From positions 46,680,427 through 46,744,426 of the forward strand of contig JARFYF010000001.1 in NCBI GenBank assembly GCA_030265395.1: a stretch of DNA of 64,000 nucleotides. Direction: 5' to 3'. The notes under the pieces were generated by a model. That model was given only the letters and a program-made list of their open reading frames with translations. It ran no database searches and had not been told where the DNA came from. Within the stretch, counting starts at the first letter, position 1. Each line of letters starts with the position of its first letter. The position numbers were made by a program, and so were the translations under genes. Positions 55,501 to 61,500 of the stretch are shown in pieces. Origin of the DNA: Rhina ancylostomus (taxonomy: Eukaryota).

Positions 55501-58500
55501 GTTCGAAGATTACTTTGTCCCAGGACTGGCCAGTGGCAGATGCCCCCAGCTTAACATGGTCCAAGTTCCCATTCAGTGCTCCAAAATCATCATGTGTGGC
55601 ACTGTCGTGGAAATCACAGTGAGTTGCAAGGATGATGCAAAGTGACCTGAAAATGGTTTTCTCATATTTCATTCTGAAAAATTGCAGTTGCATAATGCTG
55701 AGAAAAATGTTATGTAATTGAATTTCTAGGCTTGTGTTTTATTGGGTCAGATTGTGATCCTCTTCAGCTCATGAATCCGGAGAGAACTGCTAATGAACAG
55801 CATTACAGCATACTGTAGGTTAGTGCTTTCCTGATTTTTGCACCTGTACACAGCAGCACAGCAATATAAAAGGAATTGGAGGTCAGCTGCCGTGTATTTG
55901 ACTACCAGGACTGAGTTCAGGGGCAGAAAGTAAGGGGTCAGATACACTTTGTAACTGGCTGTCTAGCTTAATGCCAGCTGTGGTAAGCTTATTTTCTTTA
56001 TTTTAATTATTATACTTTTACCTAATTTATGTCAATTGCGTGTGCTTTTAAATTTGTTATTTTTAATTTTTGAAATAATTTTTACATATTGAGTTGATTA
56101 AATTTATTTCAACTGGTTTTAAATCTCTGATTATCAGAGAAACAGTTAAGGGTATTTGAACGGTCTGAGAGCATGACCTCAGAACCCACTGCCTTAGGCA
56201 GCTCCATTTTATGGGATGCTTGGGACAGCGAGGTGTTCTGCTCAAACTAGGTGTGCAAGATCTCTCTTCTTTGAAACTGTTCCATTTAGCTTGTTTTGTC
56301 TCTCTTCATTCACCCTACCAAAACAGATCACTTCACGTGTTTTTGGATTGAATTTCATATGCTTTGGGTTCACCTAATCTACCTTTTTTTCTTATTCAAT
56401 ATCCTGACAACCTCCTCTTGAAGCACATGAAGTCTATTTGTATCTTCCTCGCTGCTATCTGTTACTATCATGACACTTGCAACTTTTCAATCATTTTCAA
56501 AATTTCAGAATATTGTTCTATGCCCCCAAGTCCAAGCTATTAATGCTATCGTTGGTAGCAGTGGTTCCAGCACTGAAGAACACCACTAAATCCTTCTTTC
56601 CAGTCCACAATCCTCTGTTTTCTATCCCACAGCCACTTGAACATATGCTGCAACTGCCATTTTTATTCTAATTTAGTCAAAAAACCTATTATGTGTTACT
56701 TTATCAAAGTCCGTATTCATGACATCAGCTGCCACATCCTTAACCATTACCTCATCAAAAACCTCAATCAAGTTAAGAAAATATAGTTTGCCCAAAACAA
56801 ATTCATGTTAATCATTCATTTTCATTTTATTCTTACTCAAGAAGTTATTAATATTCTCCCAGGTTATTTTATGCATGTCCAGTACCACATTAAATTTACT
56901 GGCCTTCAATTTCCAAGTTTATTCTTCCCTAATTTTTTGTACTTGAGTGGAACATTTGCAGGCTTTCAATTCATTATTCCTCTAATCATAGGAGAATTGA
57001 AAAATTTTAGCACCTCTGTAGTACATACATTTACTTTCCTCAGGAATCAGACACACCTCATCTGGCTATGGGTGAATTTTTTGTGTGTTGCTCTAGATTC
57101 CAGCATCTGCAGAATCTCTTGAATAACCATATACAGTACTTTCTACTTCTCTAGTGCCTTCTTTTTACCCTTGTTTAAAATTTCATTCAATGTCCTCATA
57201 ACTTCGTTGTTTTGTGTGTCTTTGTTAATATCTACTGGTAATCAGTTGGCAACTAATTAGTTCCTCAGCCAGTAAGTTTCTTCTTTGGTCCTTTTTATCT
57301 GCTGACACTTGTCATTAATGTATCCAAAGAGCACTTTTTGTTTCCCTTTTTATCTTAGCCATCAACTTATTCTTCTATTGTCTTTCCATTGCACTATCAT
57401 GTTTCTGTCATGTTACATGCAACTCCAATTTACCTGAGCAATCTTTTCTCAATTACCTGGAGCATTTTTATGCCAGGGTGCTCCTTATCCTTGTCCAATA
57501 CAATTTAAATCTTATACAACATGACCAACAGTTGAGATAATCCCCCAATACAGCATTCTTCACTTGACCCATATCATTTCCCAAGATTAGATCCAACAAC
57601 ATGTCCTTCCTCTTGAGACAAGAAATGCAGCAATCAAGAAATTTCCCTGAACATATCAGAAAATCTTCCCCCATAATCAAATCAAATCAAGAAATAGAAC
57701 TCAAAAAAAAGTACTCACCTAAAACTTTAACATTCACAAACACAGCCTTTTCACCTGCTGCGTTTACAAGTGTCAACGAATATTTGCCAGAATCATCACG
57801 AGTACTATCAGGAATGACAAGGAAAGTCATTGTGTCGATCAAATCTACTTGACCCTTTCTAACAACGTTGTCTATTCCAATTTTCCTCCAGGTAACTTGA
57901 GGTGCTGGCCTGCCTCTGATGGTGGCAAACAATCTGATAGGACATCCTGCTCTGACAGTTAAAACCTTTCTCAGGCTTGCATCTAAGTCAATCTCTGGTG
58001 GTTCTGAAAAAGATCCATTTTATGAAAGAAATTACTTTCTTGATGCAAAGAATATTATCACATTAAACATATTTCATTATGCCATAAAGGAAAGAAAGGT
58101 AAAACACAGTGCATACCTAAAATCTCTTTCGGAGATACTGCTTCTTTAAGTTCAGCAGGGCGACCAATTCCGACCTGATTCTGTGCATAAACCTTAAATT
58201 CATATTCTTGTTTCTCATCAAGGCCACTCGTAGTAAACTGAGTTACAACTAGCTGAGCTGCAACATTACATCTCGTCCATCCTTCTTCAGGAGTCTTACT
58301 GACACCTTTCGGTCTCATTTCAACAACATAACCAGTGACGGGAGAACCACCATCATATACAGGCTTTGTCCAGCCAAGAGTAATGGAGGTCTTTGTACTA
58401 TCAATCACCTTCAGGCCACTTGGTGGACCAGGAGGTTCTGTGTACAGAAAAACAGAATATTAATTAGGAGAATGTGGTGTGAGTGATGAGAAAAGCAATC

Positions 58501-61500
58501 AAACTTATTGTTTATAGAAAACTGACTTAATGATAAAAATATACATACCCATAGGATCCTTTGCTAATACTGGTCTCGAAGGTGGACTTGGTTCTCCTAA
58601 TCCAACTTCATTTTCAGCTTTGACACGGAACTGGTATTCATGATCAGGAATTAAATTTGTAACTTTCATTCTTCTTTCTGGGATTGGACTCTTGGTGATT
58701 GCCACCCATCTAACAGATCGTTTTTCTTTCTTCTCCAATATGTATCCTGTGATTGATTTTCCACCATCATCTTCTGGTGGATTCCATACAACAGTCATTT
58801 CTTCCTTGCTGACTTTGGTGACCTCTGGTGCATCTGGAGGACCAGGTCTGTTGAACTGTGTCCTAGCTACAATTGGCTTAGTTTCTGCTGGTGGACCTGT
58901 ACCTATTTTGTTTTCTGCACGCACTCTGAATATGTATTCATTTCCTTCAATCAAACGAGTGACATTCGCATATTCATTAATTATAGAAGTAGAAAATACA
59001 GACCAGACCATTCTTTTGCTTTCGCATTTTTCTAGAATATAGTTTTGGATTTCACAGCCACCATCATCTGCTGGCGGGTCCCAGCTGACTCTACACCTAT
59101 CACTTGCAATGCCAGATACTTTCAGATTTCTGACTTCACTTGGTACATCCAGAACATTCACAGTAGCATAAGCTGTGAAGGAACCAGCTGGATTGGTTGC
59201 AGTGATTGTATATTTACCACTGTTTTCTCGCTTAGATTTAGTTACAATTAATCTGGATGCGTCAGCAGTTGTTTCAATCTTAGCCCGGGGTGATCTGCTA
59301 AGATCAATTGCATCTTTGTCTTTTACCCAAACAACTTCTGGTTGAGGTTTGCCTCTCAGTGTAGCCTCAATTCTGAAAGTTTCACCTGCTTTTACAGTTA
59401 ATATTCCAGTAAGCTTTAGATCCAAGACTGGTTTTTGCACTTCTGGTTTGACAATAACATAATCAGTCTTCACCCAATTGCTTTCACCGCCTTCATTCTT
59501 GGTTTGAACTCTAAACTGGTAACTCTGGTTCTCAATACATTTGTCAACCATGAAACTTGTCTCTTTAATACTTCCTTTGTGCATTCTTTCCCATTCATCT
59601 GAGTCCTTTAATCTCCTCTCAACATGATAGGACAGGTTAGGGCTACCACCATCATAATCAGGTCTTCTCCATTTAAGTAGGACAAATGTCTTTCCTATAT
59701 CAGCAACATGAAGGTTTTCTGGTTCTCCAGGCTTTTCAACAGGATCAATTGCTAAGATTGGTGTTTTAGTTTCAATTGTTGGACCTAGTCCGACTTTGTT
59801 TTCTGCACATACACGGAAGAAGTACTCGTGATTTGTTGTAATTTGAACTTTGACCACACGTTTAGTTAAATCAGATGAGATCAAAGACCATCCTCTCTGA
59901 CTGGGTTGACGGCTTTCTGCTATGTAGTTAGTAATTTCTGAGCCTCCATTATCATCTGGATTCTCCCAGGAAAGCATACAGGAATCTTTAGTGACATAGC
60001 TTGTCCTGATATTCTTACAAGGGCCAGGTCTATCAAGGACATTGACAGTAACAGAGGCCTGAACTTGTCCACTATTATTTTTGGCAACGACATGGTATTT
60101 ACCATGATCGGCTCTGGTTGCCTCTTTAATAAAGAGCTGTATAACAGGATAGTCATTATGAATCTCTGTACGTTTGCCAGCAACAAGTACCTTGCCTTCT
60201 TTTGACCACGTAATTTCTGGATCTGGTCGGCCTTTAACACGTCCTGTTATCGCAATAGTTTGTCCTACACGAACTGTGATTAGGTCACGGCAAACAATAT
60301 CAAGTTCCAGCTCTGGAGGATGAAGAATATCTTTTGCAATTACAGATTCTGGCAGCTCCCTTGGTTCACCTTCACCAACGATGTTGGCAGCCTTTATACG
60401 GAACCTGTATTCATTTCCTTCAATAAGGCCGGGTACTCTAAAAGCACACTGTGTGATTAAATCATCTTTATTAATTCTATTCCACTTTGTAGTGTCAGCT
60501 TTCTGACATTCTACAATGTATCCTAAGATTGGGCTGCCTCCATCATTGCTGGGCTTTGTCCAGACTAAGTCAACAGTTTCTCTTGACTTATCTTTCAGTT
60601 TAGGATTGATAGGTGGCCCGGGTAGTCTTATAGGACGGATTGCCGAGACTAGATCAGAGATTGGTGATGGTTTGCTTATACCAGCAATATTTTCAGCAAA
60701 TATTCTGAATTCATATGAATTACCTTCAAAAAGTCCAACGGTTCTCAATTTTAGATCTAATATTGGTGTCTTATTCACACGGATCCATTTACCAGTTCTT
60801 TCCCTACGTTCCATTATGTAACCAATAATTGGGCTACCACCATCATATTTTGGTACACCCCAAGAAACTGTAACTGCATTTTCTGTTACATCATAAACAG
60901 CTGGCTTAGTAGGTGGGCCTGGAACATCAAACGCGTACTTGGCTATGGTCGGTTTAGACTCTAATGGTTCACCAATACCAATTTTATTTTCAGCTCGAAC
61001 ACGCATAATGTATTCACAGCCTTTCTGGAGACGTGGAATTTTAGCTTGGGTACTTGTGCTTCCAGAGGTAACTATACCCCAGGTTTCCTTCTTAGTTTCT
61101 CGTTTCTCAACAATGTAATTCATAACAGGGCTTCCTCCATCATCCTTAGGTGGACGCCAAGAGATGATCATATGCTGTGGTGTTACTTCAAGGATATTGA
61201 TTGGACCAACTGGAGGGCCTGGAATGTCCAGGACGATCAAGTGTAGAGCCACTGACTTACTACCAGCTGGATTGGAGACAGTAAGTATATATTCACCAGT
61301 ATGTTTTCTGGTGCAATCCTTGATTGTTAACATAGTAGAGTGGTTGTCAGTGTCAATCTTGTAGCTGCCTTCTGATTTAAGTTCAGTACTGTCAGTGACC
61401 CACTTCACCGAAGGAGTAGGAATACCTCTCATTAAAGCAGGAAGTTTGACAGTGCTGCCAGCCTTCACGACAAGACCTTCAATCAAACTTACATCAACAT

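Noticed and set aside
55206-55693. Overlapping 138-aa ORFs on both strands in intron 306
   Set aside because: No recognisable domain or splice context; within repeat-derived sequence
6600-58003. Regularly recurring ccaccatc and cggaa motifs suggestive of a spaced repeat array (CRISPR-like)
   Set aside because: They are the codons for the DGG and FRV motifs of Fn3 domains in a eukaryotic gene
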